Program-made: the position numbers and the translations under genes
Notes under the pieces: generated by a model
What the model saw: only the letters and a program-made list of their open reading frames with translations
Told to the model about the DNA's origin: nothing
Database searches by the model: none
Source of the DNA: an uncultured bacterium
GTDB taxonomy: Bacteria; Patescibacteriota; Minisyncoccia; Moranbacterales; UBA2206
Assembly: GCA_903831805.1 (NCBI GenBank)
Contig: CAIKZD010000009.1
Coordinates: 217,939 to 281,938, forward strand
Length of the DNA stretch: 64,000 bases
Direction: 5' to 3'
Part shown: positions 21,247 through 30,647 of the stretch, in pieces
How positions within the stretch are numbered: the stretch's first letter is position 1
How the letters are laid out: every line of letters starts with the position of its first letter

Positions 21247-23973
21247 TTATCCCAAATTCCCCAACAATTCTTTCTGTCCTTCCAGCTTTTCTTGATATTC
21301 TTTCAGTCTGGATTTATTCTGCGCCACAATTTCTTTCGGCGCGCTGGCGGTGAATTTTTTGTTGGCCAAAAGTCCCTCTGTGTTTGAAACTAATTTTGTT
21401 AGATTTTCGATTTCTTTTTGCAATCTGACTTTTTCTTTTTCCGTGTCGATCAGTTCCGCAATGTCTATTCCTAGATCGGATATCTTTACCAAAGATTTTC
21501 CTACGGAGGCTAACCCTCCAATTGGAGGTTTAGCCTCCAATATTTTCACCCGCGCTAGCTTCTCGATGATGCCCTGGTTAGCGACTTTTCCGTAAGCCGT
21601 AATGACACGCACCGGATCAATCTTATAACTCGAACGCAAATTCCTAATCTGACCGACAGTTTTTTGCAGCTTCTCAAATTCTTTCTCAGATTTTTTATCA
21701 ATTAGTTTCTTGTCACTCACTGGCCATTTAGAAACCATCAGAAGATCAAGGTTCGACCTTTGGCGCGCCAAAGGTCGAACCTTTGGAGACATTTTATCCG
21801 CCGATGAGGCGGGCATATCGGTCCATATTTTTTCCGTCACGAACGGCGCGAACGGATGGGTCAGTTTCAAAATCTTGTCCAAGACATAGCCCAGCACTTT
21901 TTCATTCTTTTCAATCTTGTTCGTTTCCAAGTACCAATCCGCCAGATCATTCCAGATGAAGTTTTGCAGCTTCTCTCCCGCCAAGGAAAATTTATATCCC
22001 TCCAGATCATTGGTCAGTCCAGCAATTAGGATATTCGACTTGCTCACAATCCACTTGTCGGCCAAGGTCTTGATGTCTTTCGGGTTTATTTTTTCCACCA
22101 GCTGCATGTCCGGATGAGTCGTGGCCGCATAGCGGTAGATGTTCCAGAGTTTAGTCACAAAATTGCGGAAAGATTCAATTTTTTCTTCCGAGATCCGCAC
22201 ATCGTTGCCTGGGGTGGAACCAATAAGCAACGCCAAGCGTACGGCGTCCGTGCCGAATTTTTCAATCATGTCCAAGGGATCAATGCCATTGCCTTTCGAC
22301 TTAGACATTTTCTTGCCGAACTTGTCCAAAACCATGCCGTGCAGATAAACATTTTCAAATGGAATTTCTCCCACCGCAAACAGTGACATCATGATCATGC
22401 GCGACACCCAGAGTGTAATAATTTCATAACCGGTTTCCAGCACTTGCGTCGGATGGAATTTTTTCAAGTCACCCGATTTTTCATTCTTCTTGAAATTATT
22501 AGGCCAACCCAAAGTCGAGAATGTCCACATCCCGGAAGAAAACCAAGTATCGAGCGTGTCTGGATCTTGCGTCCAACCCTTCCCCACCGGAGGATTATCC
22601 CCAACGTAAACTTCCTCCCCTGTACGGAGGGGCTTTACCCCCTCTCCTGTATTCAGGAGAGGGCTGGGGTGAGGTTCTGAACTCCGATACCACACCGGAA
22701 TCTCATGCCCGAACCAGATTTGTCTTGAGATGCACCAATCATGCAAATTTTCCATCCAATCGGTATAGCGTTTAGCGAAACGGAGCGGAATGAACTGAAT
22801 TTTTTTCTGCTTGGCCACTTCCAAAGCCTTTTCTTTCAAAGATTTATTGCCTAGACGTTTCAGTTTTTTGTCCACCGCCACAAACCACTGCTTCGACGGC
22901 AATGGTTCCACGGCGGTGCCGCAACGATAGCAAGTCGACAAATTATTCTCCATCTCTTCTTCTTTTTCCAAAAGACCTGCCTTTTTTAATTCGGAAACGA
23001 CTAGCTCGCGCGCTTCTAGCGCCGTGCGACCACTAAACTGGCCGAAATTATTTTTAATCTTACCATCCTCGTCGATGACTTTCACGATTGGAAGCGCATT
23101 TTTTTCCGCCATCTGCCAGTCCACCATGGAATGCGCCGGGGTCACGCCGAGCGCACCGGTGCCAAAATCTTTTTCCACGTTGCGATCAGCGATGATTTTT
23201 ATTTTCAAAGGTACGCCGAAAAAGTCCACCTCAATTATTTGACCGATGAATTTTTTGTATCTTTCATCTTTCGGGTTCACCGCCACCGCCGTGTCCCCTA
23301 GTTTGGTTTCCGGCCGCGTGGTAGCGATAGCAATCGGAAAGTTTTTAGCATATTTAAAAGTGTAAAGTTTGGTCTTTTGGTTTTCATATTCCAACTCATC
23401 ATCCGCCAAAGTCGAATGGCAGCGCGGACACCAATTCACAATTCTTTCTCCGCGATAAATTACGCCTTCGTTGTACATATCGATAAACATCTTTTTGACC
23501 GCCACTTTTCTTTCTTCATCCATCGTAAAAGCTTCGCGCGACCAATCCAGCGATGCCCCCATTTTCCTGGTCTGGCCCAGAATAGTTTTTTGCGTCACGT
23601 GCAAAAATTTCCAAATCTCTTCCAAAAATTTTTTCCGTCCCAAATCATGCCTGGTTTTCCCGGTTTCTTTCAGAAGTTTTCTCTCCACTACATTATGCGT
23701 CGCAATGGCCGCATGATCCGTCCCTGGCAGCCACAGTGTCCGATAGCCTTTCATCCGATGGAAGCGGATGAGCAGATCCTGGATGGCCAACATCGAAGAA
23801 TGACCGAGATGCAATTTATCGGTGATATTAGGCGGCGGCAAAATAATCGTATACGGCTTGGCATTCTTCGGCAATTTCAAATTATCCGGGTTGAAAAAAC
23901 CGCTCTTTTCCCAAAGCTTATAAATCTTGTCCTCGTATTTTTTTGGTTCGTACGTTTTTGGAATTTCGCGCAT
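21247..23973 (-). CDS. valS: Valine--tRNA ligase
   Basis: PPPNIT..LHLGH, DWCISRQIWFGH, DTWFSS and KMSKS; C-terminal coiled coil. Confidence 0.97.
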   Translation of the reverse strand: MREIPKTYEPKKYEDKIYKLWEKSGFFNPDNLKLPKNAKPYTIILPPPNITDKLHLGHSSMLAIQDLLIRFHRMKGYRTLWLPGTDHAAIATHNVVERKLLKETGKTRHDLGRKKFLEEIWKFLHVTQKTILGQTRKMGASLDWSREAFTMDEERKVAVKKMFIDMYNEGVIYRGERIVNWCPRCHSTLADDELEYENQKTKLYTFKYAKNFPIAIATTRPETKLGDTAVAVNPKDERYKKFIGQIIEVDFFGVPLKIKIIADRNVEKDFGTGALGVTPAHSMVDWQMAEKNALPIVKVIDEDGKIKNNFGQFSGRTALEARELVVSELKKAGLLEKEEEMENNLSTCYRCGTAVEPLPSKQWFVAVDKKLKRLGNKSLKEKALEVAKQKKIQFIPLRFAKRYTDWMENLHDWCISRQIWFGHEIPVWYRSSEPHPSPLLNTGEGVKPLRTGEEVYVGDNPPVGKGWTQDPDTLDTWFSSGMWTFSTLGWPNNFKKNEKSGDLKKFHPTQVLETGYEIITLWVSRMIMMSLFAVGEIPFENVYLHGMVLDKFGKKMSKSKGNGIDPLDMIEKFGTDAVRLALLIGSTPGNDVRISEEKIESFRNFVTKLWNIYRYAATTHPDMQLVEKINPKDIKTLADKWIVSKSNILIAGLTNDLEGYKFSLAGEKLQNFIWNDLADWYLETNKIEKNEKVLGYVLDKILKLTHPFAPFVTEKIWTDMPASSADKMSPKVRPLARQRSNLDLLMVSKWPVSDKKLIDKKSEKEFEKLQKTVGQIRNLRSSYKIDPVRVITAYGKVANQGIIEKLARVKILEAKPPIGGLASVGKSLVKISDLGIDIAELIDTEKEKVRLQKEIENLTKLVSNTEGLLANKKFTASAPKEIVAQNKSRLKEYQEKLEGQKELLGNLG
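21505..21538. repeat. In-frame palindrome in valS
   Basis: GGAGGCTAACCCTCCAA|TTGGAGGTTTAGCCTCC (one mismatch); encodes EAKPPIGGLAS. Confidence 0.8.
21748..21783. repeat. Perfect 36-bp in-frame palindrome in valS
   Basis: AAGGTTCGACCTTTGGCG|CGCCAAAGGTCGAACCTT; encodes KVRPLARQRSNL. Confidence 0.9.
22613..22676. repeat. In-frame palindromic element (CCCTCYCCTG family) in valS
   Basis: CCCTCTCCTG-tatt-CAGGAGAGGG; encodes PHPSPLLNTGEGVKPLRTGE. Confidence 0.88.
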
Positions 23974-23974
23974 A

Positions 23975-26395
23975 TTATTTTCTCACTTCCACCTTCAACT
24001 CTTTCTCTAAGCTTGAAATTATTTTTTCCATCACCTTTTCCACTTCAACGCTTTCCAAGGTTTTGTCTTTGGCAGCGAGAGTGATCCGGATGGCTAAACT
24101 CTGCTTGGCTTTGAAAAAGTCAAACAGTGAAACACTGTCAATCAATTGTCCACCGATTTTTTTGGTCAGTTTCTCGATTTCACCATACGTCACAGTTTCT
24201 GGCACGATCATGGAGATGTCGCGCGTGAGCGAAGGAAATTTGTTGATGGGGTGATATTTTTTAGTTTTCGGCAACACTGCCAATAGTTTCTCCAGATCAA
24301 TTTCTGCCATAGCGACACGCTTGGTGATTTTATATTTAGCTAAAACCGCCGGATTCACTTCGCTGATCATGCCGACCGCGTGATTATATATTTTCACTTC
24401 GGCCACGCGTCCCGGATGCGCCACGGCGGATTTAGTTTCTGCGAAAGAAACTGCCACACCTTTTATGCCTAAACTTTCCAGCAGATTTTCAACTGCGCTC
24501 TTCATGCTATAGAAAGAATCTGCGTCTTTGTCTTTTTCCAGAACAGACGCCGCTACCAACATTCTTTTTTCTTCCGCCTGATTATTCTGCGGATAATAGA
24601 CTCGGCCAATTTCAAATAGATTAAAACTTTCAAAATGTTTAAGATTTTGACGGACGTTTTTCAGAAGGTTCGGAATGAGACTGGCGCGCACCAACTCTTG
24701 GTCCGGATTCATCGGATTGGCAATTTCATAATGTTTGATACCGCCTAGTCCGCAAATTTCTGCGTCGCGATTAGAATAGAAAGAATAGTTATACATTTCA
24801 TCAAACCCAAAATTGGCCAGCGTATTTTTCAGCTGACGTTCGAAAAACACTTGCTCATTTTTCTTGGCCGGTTCCACCGGTTCCAACAGCGCTTGCGGCT
24901 GGATTTTTTCATAGCCGCGCAGACGGCCGATTTCTTCGATCAAATCTTCTTGCGTCTTCAAATCAATCCGATAAGTCGGAATTTCACATACTACTTTATT
25001 CGGCTGAACGGTTGGGTGGATGTTTATACTGTTTAATATTTTAACAATTTCTTTCTGCGTAACATTTTCACCTAAAAGACTATTTACATATTCCAAATCT
25101 AATTTAATTTTCCACGGCTTGATCTTGTTCGGATAAATATCGACAACTCCTTCCAGTTTCGCATTGGCGGTGTGTTCCAAGATTTCGATAATTCTGACCA
25201 TGGCCTTTTCTGCTAAGTTTGGATCAATATCTTTTTCAAATCGATCGGACGATTCAGTCTTAATATTTAGCCTACTTCTGGATTTACGGATATTTATAGC
25301 ATGAAAATTAGCCGCTTCCAAGACAATGGTTTTCGTATTTTCATTGATGCCGGAATCTTTTCCACCCATAATCCCTGCCAACGCCAAGGGTGTTTCGCCA
25401 TTAGTGATCAGCAGATCATTCTCGTCTAAAATTATTTCGCTATCATCCAACAAAACTAGCTTTTCTTTATCCTTAGCTCTCCTAACTACAATTTCCGTTT
25501 TTTTGTTTTTATGATTTTGGATTTGTTCCGCATCAAAAGCGTGCATCGGTTGCCCGAGTTCCAGCATCACATAATTGGTCGCATCCACGACATTGTTAAT
25601 GGCTTTGATGCCGCAAGTTTTCAATCGATCTTGCATCCACTCCGGCGACGGTTTGATCTCAACATTCTCCATCACGGTGCCGATGTAACGCGGACATAGT
25701 TTCTTGTCTTTGATCACTACGGATAATTTTTTGGATTTTTTAGCCGACAATTTTAATTCGTCGAAATCATAATCAAATTTTTTGCCTTCCAACGCCGCCA
25801 TTTCCCGCGCCACGCCCACATGACTCATCGCATCATGTGCCCGGTCCGGCAAAACTTTGATTTCAAAAACCGTATCCGCCTCGCCAAAATATTGTGCCAA
25901 TGGTTGACCGACTTTAGCAGATTTATCTAAGATGAGAATTCCGCTATGATCCTCGCCCAGTCCCAGTTCATCCTTGGCGCAGAGCATCCCGAATGATTTT
26001 TCGCCGCGAATTTCAGTGGCTTTGATTTCTGTTCCATTTGGCAATTTAGCACCGACAAGTGCCACTGGCACTTTTTGGCCAACTGCAATATTGGGCGCGC
26101 CACAGACAATCAAAAGTCCATCCTTATCACCCTCTCCTGTACTCAGGGGAGGTGTCCCGTACCCGGTACGGAGGGGTTGTGCGCCGCCTACGTCCACCCT
26201 CGCAATCTGTAATTTATCCGCGTTCGGATGCTTTTTGACTTCCAAAATTTTCCCGACCGCCACACCTTCAAACTCTTGGCCGGCTTTTTCCAAACCTTCC
26301 AATTCAAAAGCATGCATCGTCAAAACATCCGCCGCCTTTTCCGGTGACAGTTTTGTGCCTGATAATTCTTTGAGCCAATTATAGCTATATTTCAT
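23975..26395 (-). CDS. pheT: Phenylalanine--tRNA ligase beta subunit
   Basis: HPNADKL, IVCGAPN, NNVVDATNYVMLELGQPMHAFD and DLIEEIGR. Confidence 0.97.
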   Translation of the reverse strand: MKYSYNWLKELSGTKLSPEKAADVLTMHAFELEGLEKAGQEFEGVAVGKILEVKKHPNADKLQIARVDVGGAQPLRTGYGTPPLSTGEGDKDGLLIVCGAPNIAVGQKVPVALVGAKLPNGTEIKATEIRGEKSFGMLCAKDELGLGEDHSGILILDKSAKVGQPLAQYFGEADTVFEIKVLPDRAHDAMSHVGVAREMAALEGKKFDYDFDELKLSAKKSKKLSVVIKDKKLCPRYIGTVMENVEIKPSPEWMQDRLKTCGIKAINNVVDATNYVMLELGQPMHAFDAEQIQNHKNKKTEIVVRRAKDKEKLVLLDDSEIILDENDLLITNGETPLALAGIMGGKDSGINENTKTIVLEAANFHAINIRKSRSRLNIKTESSDRFEKDIDPNLAEKAMVRIIEILEHTANAKLEGVVDIYPNKIKPWKIKLDLEYVNSLLGENVTQKEIVKILNSINIHPTVQPNKVVCEIPTYRIDLKTQEDLIEEIGRLRGYEKIQPQALLEPVEPAKKNEQVFFERQLKNTLANFGFDEMYNYSFYSNRDAEICGLGGIKHYEIANPMNPDQELVRASLIPNLLKNVRQNLKHFESFNLFEIGRVYYPQNNQAEEKRMLVAASVLEKDKDADSFYSMKSAVENLLESLGIKGVAVSFAETKSAVAHPGRVAEVKIYNHAVGMISEVNPAVLAKYKITKRVAMAEIDLEKLLAVLPKTKKYHPINKFPSLTRDISMIVPETVTYGEIEKLTKKIGGQLIDSVSLFDFFKAKQSLAIRITLAAKDKTLESVEVEKVMEKIISSLEKELKVEVRK
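26130..26179. repeat. In-frame palindromic element (CCCTCYCCTG family) in pheT
   Basis: Close homologue of the lepA element; encodes QPLRTGYGTPPLSTGEG. Confidence 0.9.
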
Positions 26396-26403
26396 ATTTT
26401 TAA

Positions 26404-26910
26404 TCAATATTTCTTTAAAATTGCGAAGTGCGCTGGCATACTAATGGTATATTTTTGCGGATATAGCATTAAGTTCTTCTCAAATTCATCTTTGTCCATC
26501 CATATCACTTCATCCACCTCATCTTTTTGAATTGTAAGATTACTAATATCCAAATCTTCTTTCAATAAATACCATTGGCAGAAAAAATTGTGTTTGACAT
26601 TTGGCACTCTAATCTTATCTATTTTTTTAAAATTATACTTTTTTAAATCAACTCCTATTTCTTCCTGAGTTTCTTTCAATATGTTATCCATGTAATCTTC
26701 ACCTTGAGCCACGGTGCCAGACACTGCTGGACCCCATCTTCCAGGATCATTTTTTTTATTAGCACTTCTCTTGGAAATCAAAATCTGATTTTTGGAATTA
26801 ACAATCCATAACGCTGAAACCCGATAAATATCGACTAGCTGAATTTCAGATCTTTCCTTGGCTCCGATTGGATTATCTTCATTATCGACAATAACACTCT
26901 TTTCACCCAT
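26404..26910 (-). CDS. NUDIX hydrolase (IDI-like)
   Basis: KRSANKKNDPGRW and the Nudix box GTVAQGE...KETQEEIG. Confidence 0.85.
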   Translation of the reverse strand: MGEKSVIVDNEDNPIGAKERSEIQLVDIYRVSALWIVNSKNQILISKRSANKKNDPGRWGPAVSGTVAQGEDYMDNILKETQEEIGVDLKKYNFKKIDKIRVPNVKHNFFCQWYLLKEDLDISNLTIQKDEVDEVIWMDKDEFEKNLMLYPQKYTISMPAHFAILKKY

Positions 26911-26924
26911 ATTTTATAAATAAA

Positions 26925-27941
26925 CTAGAATTGTTTTATGAATCGCAAATCCCCCGAGTGAAAAAGCCTCACGTCATCAATCTTATATTTCATCATCGCC
27001 AAACGTTCAAAGCCGAAGCCCCAGGCGAAACCTTGATACTTATTCCGCGGATAGCCCGCAGCCACAAAGACATTTTGATTGACCATGCCGGCGCCGCCTA
27101 GTTCCAGCCAGCCCCCACCGCGACAGCCTTTGCAGCCAGTTCCGCCGCACATCGTACAAGTGATGTCAAACTCAAAACTCGGTTCGGTGAACGGGAAATA
27201 GCTGGGACGCAGCCGCACTTTGACATCGGTCTGAAAAAATTCCGAGAAAAAAACTTCCGCGACATGTTTCAAGTTGCCCACATTCACTTTCTCTCCCACC
27301 ACCAGCGCTTCGAATTGATAGAAAGTGTGTTCGTGTGTGGCGTCCGTCGCTTCATTACGGAAAACTTTTCCCGGGGCAATGATGCGGAACGGTGGTTTAT
27401 GCAATTGCATATATCTAGCTTGCACCGCCGAAGTTTGAGAGCGCATAGTCAGGTTTTCACCTTTTACAAAAAAAGTGTCTTGCATATCACGCGCCGGATG
27501 ATCAGCTGGAATATTCAAAGCATCAAAATTATAGAAATCAGTTTCCACTTCCGGTCCGTCGGCAATTTCAAAACCCATGCCAGTGAAAATATCTTCGATT
27601 TCCGCGCGCACAATGGAAATCGGATTCAAATGCCCGATGTTTTGTTTTTGGCCGGGCAACGTCACATCTATTTTTTCTTCCGCCAAATTTTGTTGGCCGG
27701 ACAGCGCTTGGCGCTTGGCTTCAATCAGGGCGGCGATTTCATTTTTCGTGTTGTTGGCGAGTGGTCCGATTGCTTGGCGCTCGCTCGGCGTCAAATTCTT
27801 GAGGTTTTTCAGGATTTCATTGAATTCGCTCTTGCGCCCGGCATATTTCTTCTCTAACTCAAAAAGCGCGTCAACTGTGGTGACCTTCTCTATTTCCTCC
27901 AAAAACTGCTTTTTTAAGCCGGCTATTTTTTGCGTAGTCAT
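26925..27941 (-). CDS. pheS: Phenylalanine--tRNA ligase alpha subunit
   Basis: HPARDMQDTF, RPSYFPFTEPS and GFAWGFGFERLAM. Confidence 0.97.
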   Translation of the reverse strand: MTTQKIAGLKKQFLEEIEKVTTVDALFELEKKYAGRKSEFNEILKNLKNLTPSERQAIGPLANNTKNEIAALIEAKRQALSGQQNLAEEKIDVTLPGQKQNIGHLNPISIVRAEIEDIFTGMGFEIADGPEVETDFYNFDALNIPADHPARDMQDTFFVKGENLTMRSQTSAVQARYMQLHKPPFRIIAPGKVFRNEATDATHEHTFYQFEALVVGEKVNVGNLKHVAEVFFSEFFQTDVKVRLRPSYFPFTEPSFEFDITCTMCGGTGCKGCRGGGWLELGGAGMVNQNVFVAAGYPRNKYQGFAWGFGFERLAMMKYKIDDVRLFHSGDLRFIKQF

Positions 27942-28151
27942 TGATTTTTATTCCTAATAAGCTATTTTATCCTGCTTCTATTCTATAATTTAACCTTAAA
28001 AAAGTCAAAAAATAATTCAAGCAGTCCCACCGCCATAAATATTCGAGTGTTGATAACTTTTCTTGACAAAGAGCTCTTCCGATGATAGTCTAAAAAGTTC
28101 CAAAAACATCAGTTCTTTCCATCAATAATACTTTCAAAAAAGGAGATTCTC

Positions 28152-28532
28152 ATGTCATCACTCATAAAATTCCCGGGAAGATTCATGGGAAAATTGAGTG
28201 AAGAAGAAATTCTCCGCTCAATTAAAGAACTAGTCCTCATCAAGAGGAGCAACTCGATACTAATCATTTTTTCGAAAAAAATTAAATGGTTTGATATCGA
28301 AAAATTCTCCCGCTATTTCGCAGTCTATTTCAGCCGCAAAGGTAAGGAAAAATTTTATTTATCAATGCCGTTGGTCGATGTAAGTACGAGAAACAACAGA
28401 CATGCCTTGGAAATGAATTTGTCTCTACCCAAAAAAGGGAGTAACATCACGCATATCTTATGCAAAACAGATAAAGTGATGTTCGTCCATGTCGCAACTG
28501 ACAAAGGCATGGAGTTCAACTTCAACCCATAA
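28152..28532 (+). CDS. Hypothetical protein
   Basis: AGGAG RBS directly upstream and a TTGACA...GATAGT promoter-like sequence near 28063-28091. Confidence 0.55.
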   Translation: MSSLIKFPGRFMGKLSEEEILRSIKELVLIKRSNSILIIFSKKIKWFDIEKFSRYFAVYFSRKGKEKFYLSMPLVDVSTRNNRHALEMNLSLPKKGSNITHILCKTDKVMFVHVATDKGMEFNFNP

Positions 28533-28592
28533 ACAAAGCGATGCTCACTCATGTGAACATCGCTTTTTATAATTGTTCGGCTTCCATCACAA

Positions 28593-29228
28593 CTAGGCCT
28601 GTTCAATATCCTTCTTTAACATTTCGATTACCAACTTGCTATCTTTGACCGCTTCCTCATCAACCGCATTAATATTATCCCAAACGCTTATCGCCATAAC
28701 CATTTCGTTTTTCACTTTCTGAACTTCCTCCAGGCGACCACTTTCAATTGTCATTCTGGCAACATCATTAAGTTTTAATGAAAGCCCTCTTAAATATTCC
28801 TTGGCACCTGGCGACATCAATATTTTTGCAATTTCAAATGATCCGCCTTCAGACAAGATTTTTTCCGCTATTTTCAAAAGTTTCAAGGATTTTTCCATAT
28901 TGCCTATATCCATCTTATCTTTTCCTTTGTCTGTAGGATATTCTTGGATATGTTCGATATGTTCATCCATCAGAGCGATCATGCCCTTGATTTTCTCTAT
29001 AGAAGGGCTCCCTGCCAACATTTCTTCCGCTTGCTCCAGGTTCTTATTTGTGACGCTCCGGACTATCTGCTCTTGGCCAATGATGTCTCCGTCAAGCACA
29101 GACTCTCTGCCTTTGGTAGCTTCCGTTACTAGTGATTTTTCCTTCCTCTTCGCCTGAGCAGCTATAAATCTTTTTCTTTCTTCAGGATCATCGGCAAAGA
29201 CCCCGAATTTTGGCATTTCACTTATCAT
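28593..29228 (-). CDS. Hypothetical helical protein
   Basis: 211 aa ORF; no motif recognised. Confidence 0.6.
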   Translation of the reverse strand: MISEMPKFGVFADDPEERKRFIAAQAKRKEKSLVTEATKGRESVLDGDIIGQEQIVRSVTNKNLEQAEEMLAGSPSIEKIKGMIALMDEHIEHIQEYPTDKGKDKMDIGNMEKSLKLLKIAEKILSEGGSFEIAKILMSPGAKEYLRGLSLKLNDVARMTIESGRLEEVQKVKNEMVMAISVWDNINAVDEEAVKDSKLVIEMLKKDIEQA

Positions 29229-29303
29229 ATTTTTTTTATTAAAAAATAATTAATTTATTTTTTTACTTTAATGTGATTATACATTAACCTCTAAAAATGA
29301 CAA

Positions 29304-29996
29304 TTACAATCCCAAGTCCTCTAAAAGTTCTTTCAGTTCGTCTTTTCTGATCGGGCGATATTGGCCTTCGCCAAGACTCCCCAATTGCACGTTCATGATT
29401 CTCACGCGGTTCAAATCCACGACGCGATAACTCAAAGCGGAACACATGCGCCGAATCTGGCGCTTTTTTCCTTCAGTCAGAGTGATGGAAAAAAAATCCG
29501 GTGATTCTTTTTTGATGATACACTTCTTCGTGCGATAACCATCGTCCAATTTCACGCCGTCCCCCATCCGTTTGATGAATTCTTTCGTAATCGGACGATT
29601 CACCTGCACCACATATTTTTTCTCATGTTCATAATCCGGGTTCAAAAGCTTATCCGTCATGCGCCCGTCGTTGGTGAGAATGATCAGGCCACGGGAATCT
29701 TTGTCCAACCGCCCAAGCGGAAAAACTTTTTCCGGAAATTTCACCGCTTCCAAAATGCCCTGCTCGCCTTTTTGCGGACTGTGCGTCACGATGCCGGTCG
29801 GCTTGTTAAGGGCATAATAGACACATTTTTTCTGATTGGAAAAAGTGACTTCATCGGTTTCATTCACCATATCGCCCAGTTTGGCTTTTTTGCCATTAAG
29901 TTTGACCAACCCGCCTTCAATCAACTCGTCCGCTTCGCGCCGGCTGGCGACATTCTGACTGGCTAAATATTTATTGATTCTGATGGGAAATTCCAT
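29304..29996 (-). CDS. RsuA/RluB/RluF-family rRNA pseudouridine synthase
   Basis: S4 domain (SRREADELI), GRLDKDSRGL and EGKKRQIRRM. Confidence 0.93.
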   Translation of the reverse strand: MEFPIRINKYLASQNVASRREADELIEGGLVKLNGKKAKLGDMVNETDEVTFSNQKKCVYYALNKPTGIVTHSPQKGEQGILEAVKFPEKVFPLGRLDKDSRGLIILTNDGRMTDKLLNPDYEHEKKYVVQVNRPITKEFIKRMGDGVKLDDGYRTKKCIIKKESPDFFSITLTEGKKRQIRRMCSALSYRVVDLNRVRIMNVQLGSLGEGQYRPIRKDELKELLEDLGL

Positions 29997-30085
29997 AGTT
30001 TTAGAAAATAGTCTTAATTGTTGCGTCTGGGAATAATAGCACGCACAAATGCGCCGTCAAATATATGCAAAATAGTTTCCAGCGC

Positions 30086-30116
30086 AGTAGAGACGCAGCA
30101 CTGCTGCGTCTCTACT
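30086..30116. repeat. GTAG-type REP palindrome
   Basis: AGTAGAGACGCAGCA-C-TGCTGCGTCTCTACT. Confidence 0.85.
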
Positions 30117-30152
30117 TTACACTAAAATAATCCCCTGAAATAATATTTGACT

Positions 30153-30629
30153 TTAGTTGGTCGGAGCGCCAGCCGGAACCGCTCCAGCCGTGTCTTGCGG
30201 AGCTGCCGGTCGGATTTGGATGTTTTGCGCTGTTACTGAGCCGTCTGAGTTAGCCGTACCATTGACCATCACATTTTGACCGGTCGCCAGATCAGAGAGA
30301 GCGCCATCGACCGATTTCCCGACGGTCGCCGAAGCAGAATACAAAACAATTTTAGAACTGCCATTCCGGTCTTGCACCGTAATACTTTTATCGTCTTTAG
30401 CGGTTATTTTACCGGTCAGGAAGCCGCCGCCATTCCGCATGCCGCCGCGATTTTGACCTTGACCTTGTGCGCCGCCATTTCTGCCAGCAAAATTTCCTCC
30501 GGGAGTCATCATGCCGCCTTGATTTTGCGCGGCTAGAGAATTCTTTTCATAGACCGTGCCGCCATAAAATCCTGCCCCGCCCACAATGAGGGCAACTGCT
30601 ACTGTAATTATAATTGATTTGTTGTTCAT
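30153..30629 (-). CDS. DUF5666-like membrane-anchored protein
   Basis: TM segment, Gly-rich linker, GKITAKD...DGSVTAQNIQI. Confidence 0.75.
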   Translation of the reverse strand: MNNKSIIITVAVALIVGGAGFYGGTVYEKNSLAAQNQGGMMTPGGNFAGRNGGAQGQGQNRGGMRNGGGFLTGKITAKDDKSITVQDRNGSSKIVLYSASATVGKSVDGALSDLATGQNVMVNGTANSDGSVTAQNIQIRPAAPQDTAGAVPAGAPTN

Positions 30630-30647
30630 AATTTTATTATTACTTAA

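Noticed and set aside
26404-26910. AT-rich NUDIX gene between pheS and pheT as a mobile cassette
   Set aside because: It may be a later insertion, but it has no flanking repeats or attC-like sites.
27118-27160. CxxC..CxxC motif in PheS as a novel insertion
   Set aside because: This Cys-rich loop is a common variant in bacterial PheS.
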